From: Polymyxa betae A26-41
Taxonomy: Eukaryota > Protista > Endomyxa: Phytomyxea
DNA: 32,930 nucleotides
Assembly: GCA_003693705.1 (NCBI GenBank)
Contig: RBZT01000446.1
Coordinates: forward strand, 1-32,930
Direction of reading: 5' to 3'
The notes below the pieces were generated by a model. It ran no database searches and was not told the DNA's origin. It saw nothing but the letters and a program-made list of their open reading frames with translations. The stretch's first letter is position 1, and each line of letters starts with the position of its first letter. The position numbers and the translations under genes are program-made. Positions 9,518 to 21,524 of the stretch are shown piece by piece.

Positions 9518-12153
9518 AAAAATGCGAACCCCGATTTGTCGTCTGGTCTCCTACTGAAAGCGGAGGTCTTACGGACAAATTGAGTAGGATTTACTTCCGA
9601 TGGATTCCAGGACCCAAAATCTCGTCCAGGCCGGCCAAGGCAGCTCCGTAATTCCTGAAGCCGGACGGTGACTTATACAATTGCCGCCGTCTCAGTCCCC
9701 ATTTGGGGTCCGGATCATCACCAGCAGACGGCCTGGTGCCTGCTCGACGGCCTTTTCAACTTAGACTGGATTCGATCCGAGTACAGTTTGCTGATCTACG
9801 CCAACAGGCGGAAATTTCCAAACCTTAGACCTGAAGTAGTCCGTCATACAGCCTTCACATCTTCATGCGATCCTACTTCCTGTTATTCGGACATAGATGA
9901 ACCTGAGAAGCAATACAGTGTATTTAGGATGTCGTTACCCTCGAATTCTGTTAATATCAGATGATGCTTGATTAAATCTGCTATCATTTTAGGCCCTGAT
10001 TTTCGTATGCAATTCAGCATCAAATGGATCCCAGATTTTCCGAAAGTTCTGATTGTAATGACGTGTTATATCATCTGCAAACAAATACACCAGTTTATCC
10101 AGGGACAAATCTTATGCAATCCTGTAAATATCAGGATTAATTCTCATTATTCATAAGATTACTATAACATGGCATTAACAAGGAGGCATGGTTGAGCCTC
10201 GCGATGCTGCATTGATAGAATTAACTGTTCAATAAGCTCATGTTAACGGAACTGATGAGTGACACAGAAGAATGAATTTCAATGCTGCTTTCTCCAATCC
10301 AGTTAATATGGATCCCGTGTTATATCAAGCATGGATTTGTCTGTTCTGTTCATCGGAAATGAACATTGAATTTGGCCAGTTTTGTAACAAGAAAGTGAAA
10401 GGGCGTTTATTGGGGGCCTTTCTCAGATTTATTAGATCAATCGAGAGTTAGCTGTCGTTCATAAGTCAAAGATTGAGCTACGCGCAACATATAGCAATAA
10501 ACAGTCGATTTTTTTCTCAAGATCCCGGGATCTGAGTTAGATTTCCGGATTTGAAATCTCCTTAAACAAGGCCATTTTCTGTCTAATATGATATCAGAGA
10601 TGAAGAAAAGGCCTTTCTATGAAATCTTGTTTGACCTGCCTTGTAGGCGCAGGGACGCCTCTGGACTACCATCGCATTAAAAGCATTTTCGCAGATGATA
10701 AATTCGTCGTCTTCTTGTATCAACCATTGGCTGGAAGGGATTCGGGGCCAATACGATACGCCTTTTAATAGATTCCGATAGCGTCTTTGCAATGTCGGGA
10801 TGCATGGTTTTGGTGAATTAAGAAAACAAGTGTCAAGAAATGTGAGACCTCCCTGCGCTGCCAGTCACGCAAACCCTAACTGCCTCTAGGGTTTCGGAGA
10901 CAGGCCTGCCTACAGGACAACAAGCGACGTTTGTTTTATGGATTTCATAATAATCAGGAGTGTGTCTTCAGTCAAGCAAAACGTTGCGAGAACCAGTACG
11001 TCCTGATATGAAGCACCATGACGGTTGCGATAACAGGAATGGCGTTTTTGGGATCTCAGATTTAGATCTGCTAACAAGCTTCTGTTGCTGCTCAAGCTGG
11101 TTTCTGTTTTCGACTGATTCGTTGCCGCACCGTTCAATTCGGAGCTGATTCACCCCCGTCTATAGAACCTGATTGCCATTCCATCCGTCATATGTTCAGC
11201 CTCTGAGCGAAAATGATGCAAATCAGGTACTATTCTTGGAGACTGGAAATCGTGGCTTTTTCAGCATCAGCTATCGCAAAGCTCTGTTTACCCGAATTTC
11301 TAAATAATCAGTCATGTTGCTGAAAATTGTATTACATGAAGCCTAAATTTTTTTTCCAACAAAACTCGTATTTAATATGAAGTTTGACCTAAATGAAATC
11401 CCGTTATTCGTGTTAGAGCAGCCTGCAGCTTGAATCCATCAAATCCAGAAGGATAAATTCTTGCTCATTCCCAGTTTGGAAAAGACCTTACAATTTTTGG
11501 CTGGATTTTTGTTTGATTATCGATCGATTGCGTTTCATCAAGATTTTAAGATATCCAGCGAAGGGCAATAAACAAACGATACTACAGTTGCTGAATCGGT
11601 TCAAGCACTCTGAGCATACTCAATCCTCTTTAGGGAGCAACTTGAATTGATTTTAGCTCAAAGAATATTTGCAGCAAGTTGATCATGAAACCATTTCAAT
11701 GATAATGCAGCTCTTCGATACAGCAAACTATTCCGAACAAGAATTTCATCATACATTGTGAATTTCTCTATCGCCTGCTTATCACATCTTTTCGTTTTTT
11801 GACTGCATTGGGTTTGGGGGCCAGTATAGTACATGAGCCCACTGAGCAAGTCTGATGACGACATTGGGACGCCTGGACATGGGATATCGGATGTTTGGAA
11901 GTCTGGATTCAGCAACTGTTCCTCAGACAAACCCTAGCTCCCTGTCAAGCTAGGGTTTCTTGAGACTGGCTCTGAAATGAGCCGTCATTTGCAGGTTCAG
12001 ATAGCAATTTTTTCTTGGATTGCTGAAGCTGTGCTCAGTCTCGTGAGCGCTGCTGGGCCTAGTACGACCTGCTCAGTATTGTAATGATGATTTGAAAAGA
12101 TTTTACACAGAATCCAGGTTATTTTTCTCTCTAGGAGATAGTTTGATCGCCAG

Positions 12154-12916
12154 GTCAGGGCCTCACTTTCTACACCACGACTTTCCTGGACTGTTGAAAA
12201 TATAAGGGCGTTGTTGGAAATACGCTTCTCTGAGCTATCCCAGAAAAAATTCAACGCTTGTAAAACAACTAAACAAAAAAATGCATGGTGGAGTTGGCTG
12301 GCCCAGCGCGTATCCGTTCGTATAGGGCGACAGGTCGACCCAAAACAGGCCCAGAACAAATATACAAATTTGAAAACAGAATATCGCGCCTTGGTCAAGG
12401 CCCAAGGAGAAACAGGCAACTCAGAAGACGACCTTGACTATCCTGAATATTGGGAAGTGATCAATGAATTCTTTCAGGTATTCTCCAGCGTTATGGCAGC
12501 GAAATCAACCGACTAATTAACGCTGGCAATTGACAGGAGTCGTCGGGATTGCGGGGAGACGCACTAATGGAGTCAATACGCCCTGGAAAACCAGCGCTCT
12601 CTAATCCAGCCTCCAGCGACAGCGAAGGCGAAGATGACGGCCCCAACAACGCTCATGTCGATCAGCTATCGAAGAAGAAGCCTAAAACATTAGGTGAAGC
12701 ATTGACAGATGGCATGGACTCCGTGGCGCAGGCGCTTATTAGGGTTGCTGAAATCGAGGCAGCTGCGCGGACGCAGCAACCGATGCAGCCGTCGGCGAGT
12801 TCTCTAGAATCGAACAGATACTGGAGAGGCAAGAGAATGCGATATCCCAGCAAAACATCATCAACACACAATTATTACAAGTGTTGAAGCGGTTGACTGA
12901 AAATTCATCCACATAA
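12154..12916 (+). CDS. Harbinger-associated Myb/SANT-like (trihelix) DNA-binding protein; spliced, 5' exons uncertain, probable frameshift near 12800
   Basis: RLSWTVENIRALLEIRF...KQKNAWWSWLAQRVS...QAQNKYTNLKTEYRALVKAQGETGN...YPEYWEVINEFF. A 59-nt intron at 12478-12536 (GTATTC...GACTAAT...ACAG) joins FFQ|ESSGLRG in frame. An acidic/basic linker follows, and a coiled-coil tail RIEQILERQENAISQQNIINTQLLQVLKRLTENSST* lies in a shifted frame ending at 12916. Confidence 0.75.
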
Positions 12917-12950
12917 TAACCATTTTAATAATACAACAGTACTACAACAC

Positions 12951-14255
12951 CTACTTTTGAACCCTATCTGATGCCTTTGAAATGGAGAGGTACTCCTTAA
13001 TCATATCTCGCTTCGCGAGAGCTATCTCACGGCGGTCGGCATTGCTAATGTGTTCCCGCCGATGATGGCTTAGGTATATATCCTCTGCTTCCGTATTTGA
13101 AATGAAAAGCATATCATGATACTCCACAGTCAAATTGTGGAGAATCATGCACGCTACAATGGTGTGCGCGGCGCTTTCTGGGGTCTTCATGTTCAAAGAC
13201 TTTTTTAGAATGCGCCAACGCCCTTTTAGCATTCCGAATGCTCTTTCGACCACAATTCTGCTGCAGGAATGCAGATAACTGTAATCTTTTTCATCATTTG
13301 GCATACCATCATAAACCAAATACGGGATAAGAAGATTATCCCTTAATGTGTAACCGGCGTCTCCAAGCAGATGATATCCTTTTGGAATGAGCCTGTCCAC
13401 AAACTGACCCAGCGATGACATCGTCCATACATTTTTATCGCTGCAGGACCCTGGCCGTAATGAATATTCGAGGAACCTTCCTCGGTGATCGACGGTAGCT
13501 TGCATATTAAAAGCTGCGAAACCTTTTCGACATATCCAGCTAAAGGAACAGATTAGGGTTAGGGTTAGGGTTTTGAAATGCCAATTGTACCCTTCGTAGT
13601 CGTAAGGCCTCTCAATGCGAAACAGAGACCCATCAACAGCTCCAACAGCATCAGGGAATCCGCACAAAACCTCAAAGCCCTGTGAAATTTCCTTGTACTG
13701 TGTATCAGACGGCATCTTGATAACTTGGCCAGGAATGAGGCACAGAAGGTCCAAAACCTAACAAGAAGTAAATCGAACATTGCAGACTGCAGTTATTCAT
13801 TTAAATTACCTCATTGACGTTAACGATGCACGTTGCTTTTGATACACCAAAACGGATGCTGTCTGAACGAAATCACTTTCCTGAGACAGGTAATTGAGCG
13901 TCATCGCAACTCTCATCCGCATTTCGACACGAGCCGTAGGTCCAGGAATTCTACAATTGTTTTCAAATGCAGTTAACTCAAGCAGATCAACAAGCCTATT
14001 GAATGTTCGTCTGGTAACTCGAAGATTTGCTTCGTACCATGCGTCATCCTCACATTCCTCCACTACTACCGTACGAATAAAATTAATAGCCAATTGACGA
14101 AATATAATAAACAATCTACATTGCCATGTATTGCTTCTTATTGTACGCTGTCGTGTTCTTGGACGCTTCATACGTCGACCATCAGATCCTACAGCAGCGA
14201 CAATAGCGCTGATGCAAGTTGTTAAAGCGATAATATTCGAGTTGCGAACAGGCAT
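12951..14255 (-). CDS. PIF/Harbinger DDE transposase (HARBI1-like / DDE_Tnp_4), three predicted introns, one 1-nt frameshift
   Basis: Catalytic motifs GAVDGS, LLGDAGY and RIVVERAFGMLKGRWRIL, plus ACMILHN. N-terminal NLRVTRRTFNRLVDLL. Predicted introns: 14119-14066 (or -14063), 13809-13758 (NVNE|VLDLLC) and 13590-13540 (restores DYEGWICRKGF). One missing T near 13850 converts ASVFGVSKATCIVNVNE into ASVLVYQK... Confidence 0.9.
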
Positions 14256-14330
14256 CTTCAAGTATAATATAACTTTTACTCTGAATTTTCACCGGCTTTT
14301 GTGGTCACACAGCGACTGCGATCTGCAGAC

Positions 14331-14367
14331 TTTTGAAAAAGTAAGTCTCTGACTTACTTTTTCAAAA
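14331..14367. repeat. Perfect 17-bp inverted repeat with 3-nt loop
   Basis: TTTTGAAAAAGTAAGTC-tct-GACTTACTTTTTCAAAA. Confidence 0.95.
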
Positions 14368-14431
14368 AGTTACTGCTGATGATCACAGTCCAGTAAGCTG
14401 GCCAAAAAGTGAGTGACTAAAAAGTGAGACT

Positions 14432-14495
14432 TTTTCTATTTCAACCAGTCTCTTATATTTCAACCAGTCTCTTAGAGACTGGTTGAAATAGAAAA
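14432..14495. repeat. Palindrome with TTA loop and a tandemly duplicated 19-bp left arm
   Basis: TATTTCAACCAGTCTCTTA twice (14437-14455, 14456-14474), followed by GAGACTGGTTGAAATAGAAAA (14475-14495), the reverse complement of 14432-14452. Confidence 0.95.
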
Positions 14496-16723
14496 TGACT
14501 GGTTGTCCTGGAACAACGTGGTCGACGAACTCTCAGCCAGTCCTAAGTCGGATCAAAGTTGACGTCTCCACTTGATCAGCTGACTGCGGCCACATATTCG
14601 GCCTCGATTGAACTTAAGGCCACGCACTTCTGGGGGCGCGACCCCCACAATCTGTGCTCTCCACTGCCTCCACAGACGATTTGATACCCGCTCGTAGACT
14701 TTCTGTCAGGAGAATTGGCCCAGTCGGTGCCGACATAGGCGACCAATTTGGTCTTGGCCGCGTCGGGCGTAACCCCCGGTGGCGCAGCCTTCGCAAACTT
14801 GATGCCGTAACTCTTCGTCCCTTTCAGATATCAAAGGACTCTCTTCGCAGCAACCCGCCATCGGTCAGCGACTCCACACGTCGAGCACAACGGTTCACGG
14901 CTATAGCAATGTCGGGGAGGGCAACACAGGCCGCGAACGTTATCCCCTTTGAACTCTGATTCGGCAGGTCCCGCCATTGGGTAAATTGTAACACTTTTGG
15001 ATCCGCCAATGCACTTATTGTCAGTACAGTTCCGGAAACCTTCGTAACATCGCGTATGTCTCAATCCAATTTAAAACCAATATCTTGCACAACAACCGGA
15101 TTTTGAATGTAAACGGGTTTTGGGGAGAACTATTGAGTTTTTCAGGAAGGAGCTCCACCAGTACGAAAACTATGATAAAGAGCAATGTCAAATTATCAAA
15201 AATTTGACCAAGGTGCATTCGAACAGTTAGGGTCTCTTGTTTAGTTTAGCCATAAATTTTAGGAAAACCGTGCCTGGGACCCTTGATGTTACTGCGGGAG
15301 CGCATTGAACTCGCCCAGAAACAGCTCGATTTGGACAAAAGCCGAAAAAAAGGCTCTGCAATATTTCATGGGGCCCATGAGGCCATCATTCATAAAGGGG
15401 TTTCGGAGCCCGCCTGAATCCATAGTCGGCAGTGATCAGATGTTAAATGCAATTCGTGAACCCATCTTGAACTTCATCATTCGAAGTAACAGGTCCAGTT
15501 TGTCCCATAGTATTCCGGATATATGTGGATGCAATCCTGATCGGGCATCGACTCTGTTGACCCGCTTGCTAAGTGATATGAAACCTTCGACCAAACTCCA
15601 AGCCAAAGGTGTTTTGTAGCAAAGCAGGCTGACAACGAGCCTAGTGCGAATATAGAAGGACGACTGCTTCAAAATTTAACGGCAGATTGCTCAATGTCGA
15701 ATTACACTGCTCGGTATGCAAAGAAGCAACAGTCGTATCGACATCGCATGAACTCTCGTTAATGTGGTACAGCAACCAGCAATTATCCCGGTCAAGATCT
15801 GGCAAAAACAAAAGCTCATGACAGTTACGTTACCTTTTTTGGCTTTGAAACAGATTCTCTACTGTGCCTACCTCGACAGGGGTTGCTCAAAATGAGCTGT
15901 GATTGTAATGGTAGCTCTAACCCCCTCAAGTTAAGGGAGCTCAATGTCAAAAATAGCTCACATTGTGTCCGGATACACGTTAACCAGGCCCAATCACGAG
16001 CACTGGTAAGCTTGCAGTACAGCGTACTGCCGTTGGTTTCTCATGATTTATAGGATCTCGAACTCTCAGAACAATTGGAGGATCCAGAGACGGAAGTCGC
16101 TCTGCGCCTCCGCGGGTTCATCTACATGAAGGCTTCAAAACATGGACTAACGCATCCGAAACTGGAAGTGGTGTCGATTCAGTCACAAAGACAATAAGAT
16201 CAATGTGTTTCGGTGGTTTGCTTCTGATGGCGACAGGCGAACGCCACCCAGTGGCGTATCCTCTTTTGCAGATTCAGGCGTTTCGACAGCCACCCATTAA
16301 GGTGTCGTGCCCCAGCTAAAGGAAGGCCGCGCCTCATCTAAGGCCGCGCCCTAAAATTGCAGCTCCTGTTCTTTGTGCTTGCCATTACAGCACAGTGGTC
16401 ATTTGCCACTCTTTTTTCTTTCATCCTATTTTCAATACATCGGAAGGTTTATTCCGCTTAGACTTTCTGTGTGTTGAATCCACGATCATCTCATAAGGGT
16501 GTCTGGTTCTTGGAGCTGGCATGCGTCTTATTGCCAGCAATCGTATATATATAAAACACTCTAAATCGTGGCCTTCGATTCGTGATTACATCAGCTTCGA
16601 TGATTGATTCAGTGAGAACTGATTGGCCAACTGGCCGCCAACGGAAAATTTTTAGTTTTCTTAGGAAGTCGTTTAACGGTCGTCTTATTGTTTGTTTGTA
16701 TGAGCGTTTGCATTTGGAATTAA

Positions 16724-16843
16724 TGGATCGCGGAGAAGGGGTTAAACCATTATGTGGTAAACAGCAAATTGGAGTTCAAAGTCCAAAGGGTTGGATTATC
16801 GGAAGGTTCGGTTTCTTGGGAACCGACCAAGAATCTTAAGACG
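16724..16843 (+). pseudogene. Isolated chromodomain remnant
   Basis: WIAEKGLNHYVVNSKLEFKVQRVGLSEGSVSWEPTKNLK resembles the chromodomain consensus (Y.VEKIL.HR...GK.EYLVKW.GY.....TWEPEENL). It is preceded by an in-frame TAA at 16721-16723, and the conserved W of KW is R. Confidence 0.65.
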
Positions 16844-17966
16844 GTTAACCCAAATCAACGAACCAAGTCGAATTCCAATCCAAACTGGGTAACCATCAAA
16901 TTGGATATTTCATATTCACTTGCAAATAATCTACAGTCTGAACTTCTCATGCTTCTTAAACATTTACCAGTATGAGGATGTAAATGGGTCATCTTTTTGC
17001 CAGTTGGTCGATTTCCTTACTAGCAATAACAATTAGAAAGATCCAATCCGTTCTTAATGGTTTGTTGGATTCGTTATTCTTTTTCAGAAAAAGAGGAAAA
17101 TCGAGCTTTAGGCGCTTGTAGAGCTGGGTCAAATTTAACATTCTTTACTGATTAAATACTCTGGTCAGCATTAACTGCAGATAGAGCACGACATTGTCCA
17201 GTATGTCCAGGAAAGAAGCTCATCTCACATATGAGCACGATGATCACTATCACAAACTAGTTGTGATTGGATCGAGTGATTCTCATCGTCAGTGACAATG
17301 TGAGCCTCAAATCCGCACTGTTTACTTTTGCGACTGTGCCTAGAACAAAGCGCACTAAACCGACTATGTGGAAACGGATTTCCCCATCGAGATTGAAAAA
17401 TCCGAAGATCATTCTGACAGCATATTGAAAGGCATGAGAGAACTGGGTAACATGTTCGCTTTAGCCAATTATCACAGCTTTCACGTCTGTCAAATTTCGG
17501 GTCGGTAATCTTGGCCCGACCTATTTTTAGACATAAACAGGATAAAGTGACTCGCTGGACTGTAGTGACTGTACTGCTGTGGACGCATAGGCGGGCATTG
17601 CATAATCCTGTTCATCGTGCCTGCGTCGTACAGGATACTGTATCTAGAGTCTGCACTCAGTTGTCCAGCGATATTTAGAACCGATCAAAGGCGATCATTG
17701 CTGAGTTTGACGAATCCGGAACAGGGTTTCCAGATACCGAGCGGATGCTGAGAGTACAACGAAATTGCCTCAATTCCAAAATGGACAGCGAATTCTATTT
17801 TCCACAATGTATCTAGTCATTGAAATGTTAAAAAATCTAAGAGCAGTCTGAGTGATAGCAGGTATTACAGGATTACTCTCTACAGCAGAAAGCGCTTGTG
17901 TGTCGACATCCTCATCAATAATCTCTGGTTCTGCAGGGATCTCAGCAAATCACTTCTTTCTGTGAG

Positions 17967-18690
17967 TTATTCCGGAGAGCGAATCCTATTATATGGCGAA
18001 GCTGTCTTCGTCATGGGATTCCGAATTGCAAAAACATACGATGGCGATATCCGGACGACAAGCCCGCGCTTGGCATGTTGGGACCAATAATAAAGAGCGA
18101 TGCAAGTCGGGAACATTTCAAAGTGATTATCTCCAAAATAGATGGAGGGACCTAACTCAAAAACGGATTCGACCAGAACAGGATTCGATTCATCACAGAA
18201 GAACGAATCTTCGAGTGTCTCTCCAACACTGATGAAGACGCGATCCTCAACCTTACGCTGATTGAGCTTTTTACAGGCACGCTGATAGAGCTGTAATAGC
18301 GTACCGTGAGGTCTGGCAAGATAAAATTCTCTATCACCAAAAAAGACGTAGGTGAGAGCGGCAGGAGCGTATCGGAATCGAAGCCAATTAGCAATCCGTT
18401 CGTCAAGCACTCCAGGATAGCAAGATTCGACTTTCGCCTGAATCTGGATCTGGGTGATATCTGTATTTGGCTCATTAGCAATCATATACTCCGAGTATTA
18501 ATTATGGCAATGATCAGAAACCTTCATAGAAGGATTTGCAAGTGCCCTTGAGCCCAATAGGGTTACCGCCAGTAAGATACCCTTTTATAAGGTCGTAATG
18601 CAGAGACATCAGCAGGTAAGATGGCGTCTGTTCAATGGGATCCTCTGCTGACCCTGATTCATGATCGGGGCTGTCCTGGGTACTGGCCAT
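17967..18690 (-). CDS. Two-exon hypothetical protein (about 220 aa) with N-terminal F-box-like motif
   Basis: Exon 1 18690-18522 (MASTQDSP...LHYDLIKGYLTGGNPIGLKGTCKSFYE). A 61-nt intron at 18521-18461 (GTTTCT...GCTAAT...ACAG) joins G|AT in frame to exon 2 18460-17967. Further 3' introns cannot be excluded. Confidence 0.6.
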
Positions 18691-20369
18691 GCCTATAGAG
18701 CGGTGCAGCAGCCAAAACAAGTTTGAACACGGCTCACCTTCCGCTGAATCTGATCGAGGCACCTGACTATTGACTCACGGCTTTTGTTTTTTTAAAAGTA
18801 AATTCTATAAGTGAAACCACAGGAGCTTTGGGCGATTACCGCACCTTCCTGAGTACCATCGCCCATTTTCAATACATCCATAATCGATTATATAATCCAT
18901 AGAGTCTTCCAAAGCTGTTTACATAACTCCTTCCCAACACTCGCTTCTTTGTTTTCACACTGCTCTTTCGACGATTTGGCAAAAGCAGACATCGTACTCG
19001 CCCATAATTACGAGGCATCTTCAAATAAAGGGCCACATATCAGATTTTGAATGAAGAACTAACTACATGGGCGTTAGGGTTTCCTTCAGCCAGATATGAT
19101 CTGGTTGCACTTATTGGTGTTATCGGTAACGATTCCGGATACATTACGCGACCCTGGACAAGCTGCGATCTTCCGTCGATTTTGAACGACATTGTCTATA
19201 GATTGGTGAAGAGAACCCTCTGCTTTTATCGGTTCGCCATGGTCATACTGGACATAACCATAACCCCGGTAATGATCAACGGAGAGAGTGTAATCACCAC
19301 TCATTGAGGACTCCGCATCCAATATATATCGCCGTGAACGCCTTCAATTATTCGATTCAGCTCTCAGCAAGAAGGTGCGAGAATCACCACAGAAACCAAA
19401 CCAGCTCATGACCGAAACAACCAATTTTAGAGTAAGAATCTGAATATACAGTATGGTGGAATCCGGATGGCGCGAATCCTTGAATAAGCCTGGCAAGATC
19501 CAGTATATACGCAGTCCTCAATCCCGTGCCATTCCGACGCGATTGTTATCAGTCCCATCGGGCATCGGCCCTATTGACTAACACTGAGGTCATCCGAGAG
19601 CTTGCCTCCTCATTGGGATTTAATCTTCGGCGAGAATCAAACTCTACTGTTGAAATGTAATCGATTTTATTTAGGCTCTGTGTAATTATGACTCTGACCA
19701 TTAGGTCTTAAGTGATGAGAACTGCAAAATTGAGTCCATTCAGACGAAATTCGGACCTTCCTCGAATCGTCTCGTCTTTAAAATGTGATAATCCTTCGCT
19801 TCATGTAAATTGTATAATAATCAGGCTCTCATCGCTTCAACCAGCTAATTCTAAGAAATAAGAGCTCAACTTTTTAAACATTTTTTTGGATAGAGCTTTT
19901 AAGGGCAGAGGCTGAAGGCGAGAGCGATTAGATAAGTTTGATTACAACAGGTCCAATAACTTTTGGCTTTATCTCTGAATTCATATCTGCAGTGACCAAG
20001 ACCCGTCTGTTAAAAATGACATGCAGGAATCTAAAAACCGATCACAAAGAGCGATCCTCAAGTGGCTGGAGCATCTGTGACCATATCCATCGTCATCCTA
20101 TCATGCACAGGCGGATATATTCGGTCTATTAGCCCTGATGAGAAGCAATACCGTGCTAAGAACTGTGGACTAATCCTCGAATTTGGTCAGGCATCTGTTT
20201 CTAATGCATAATAGGTTTCTATTGAAAGCTTTATCAGTAAATATCACCCTTGGTGACTTGGAATAAATATGTGACAGAGCAGTCGTCCAGAAGGGTCGGG
20301 GCTACTAGGATCCAGACCGCTAGAAAAGGCAAGAGCTCTGACAGGCCTAACTGTCGCCATCATGATGAT

Positions 20370-20532
20370 TTAAGAAAACTGCGAAGGTTATCTGAAAACT
20401 GCGATGAATTTCGGAATACTGCGCAGGATTCAGAAAACAGCGAGGATGATCTGAAAGCTGAGATGGTTTTCAAAAACTGCGATGGTTTCAGAAAACTGCG
20501 ATGCTGCGATGGTGGTTTGGAAACTGCGCAGT
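20370..20532. repeat. Degenerate short-period repeat array (core AAAACTGCGA, about 8 copies, about 19-22-bp spacing)
   Basis: Variants AAAACTGCGA, ATACTGCGC, AAAACAGCGA, AAAGCTGAGA and AAACTGCGC, seen directly. Confidence 0.7.
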
Positions 20533-21338
20533 TCAAATCCTTCTCAAGTCACAGGGAAGAAAAAAGTGCGCTTGCACTTGTTGCTCGATCTTCTCGATCT
20601 TATCGTCGAGGTTACCTTTATAAGCTCTTCTCTCCTTGCTCTGATCATTATCGACCTCTACCTCTTTCCAACTCCTATCTCACCATCATAATGGTTCGAA
20701 TGGCCGGATCTATATCCCGACTGGGCATGGACAAATGGTGGCTCGCCTGCTATCGCTCTAATGGCCTCCGCATTGACACCATGTCGCCCTATCACACCTC
20801 ACATATCAAGTCGTTCTTCCATAATTTCGGCCATAAGGTCCAGTATTCCTCATTTCCTCTTCGCCTCTGTGTTGAATGTTATGGATTGATTTGTTTTTAG
20901 AACTCTTTTAGCATCTTCTGCTTGTAAGTTCTGTTTCATTTATTTAAACGTTGATATTTAGGTGATGCACAAAGTTACCGATAACTTTGTTGATGTCGCG
21001 CCTGGATTAGTGGGTGCTTATGCAGTTTACGTCTGGGGCAATGCCGAATATGATCGTGAGAACCGCAAGCACTGGTCGTGATTCTGTCATCTTTCACAAT
21101 ATCATCTTTCACAATAAACAGAATCCGCCCGAACTCTTCAGAATTCCCCCTCGGATTAACAATTCTGCGATTCTATTCAATATTTAAGATTTTTTACGGT
21201 GAAAAAAGAAGCCATGCACAACTTACTAAGTCGCTCTAATATATCGATCAACGTTATTATAATAAGGTTCTAGATATGCTTTGTAACTTGATTTTTTCTG
21301 GAGTGGAATTGATTGATTAGAATCAGAGGAAGGCAATG

Positions 21339-21524
21339 TTAATCGGAGGCGGTGATTCCTATGATGAAAGCGATTGCTGAGATTGCGAGTCCCAGGCTTG
21401 AAAAGCATATGGCAGCGATCTGCTGGTTGATCAGGTCCATAATGGATCCTATCATGCAGAGAAATACGCCGCCAAACAGAACAATTAAAACATCCCAACA
21501 ACGACTGGCTCGGTCAAACGACAT
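21339..21524 (-). CDS. Small two-TM membrane protein (61 aa) or remnant of one
   Basis: ATG start and two strongly hydrophobic helices, VLIVLFGGVFLCMIGSIM and IAAICFSSLGLAISAIAFIIGI, separated by a short polar loop. Confidence 0.4.
   Translation of the reverse strand: MSFDRASRCWDVLIVLFGGVFLCMIGSIMDLINQQIAAICFSSLGLAISAIAFIIGITASD

Larger units (their letters stand above)
12150..14495. mobile_element. PIF/Harbinger DNA transposon (convergent Myb/SANT gene + DDE transposase); ends not defined
   Basis: Two-gene tail-to-tail arrangement typical of PIF/Harbinger, with palindromes upstream of the transposase. No matching TIR pair was found by eye. Confidence 0.85.

Noticed and set aside
9600-11800. 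Short ORFs suggesting a degraded gene
   Set aside because: No motif or consistent exon chain could be supported.
11600-14650. Terminal inverted repeats and TSD of the Harbinger element
   Set aside because: No convincing matching pair was found by eye, so the boundaries are left undefined.
14600-16300. Short overlapping ORFs on both strands
   Set aside because: No recognisable domain or consistent frame.
18960-19660. Plus-strand coding-like relic
   Set aside because: Interrupted by stops, no domain recognised, and no defensible gene model.
20250-20900. 216-aa ORF
   Set aside because: Non-ATG start, partly built from the AAAACTGCGA repeat array, and no recognisable domain.
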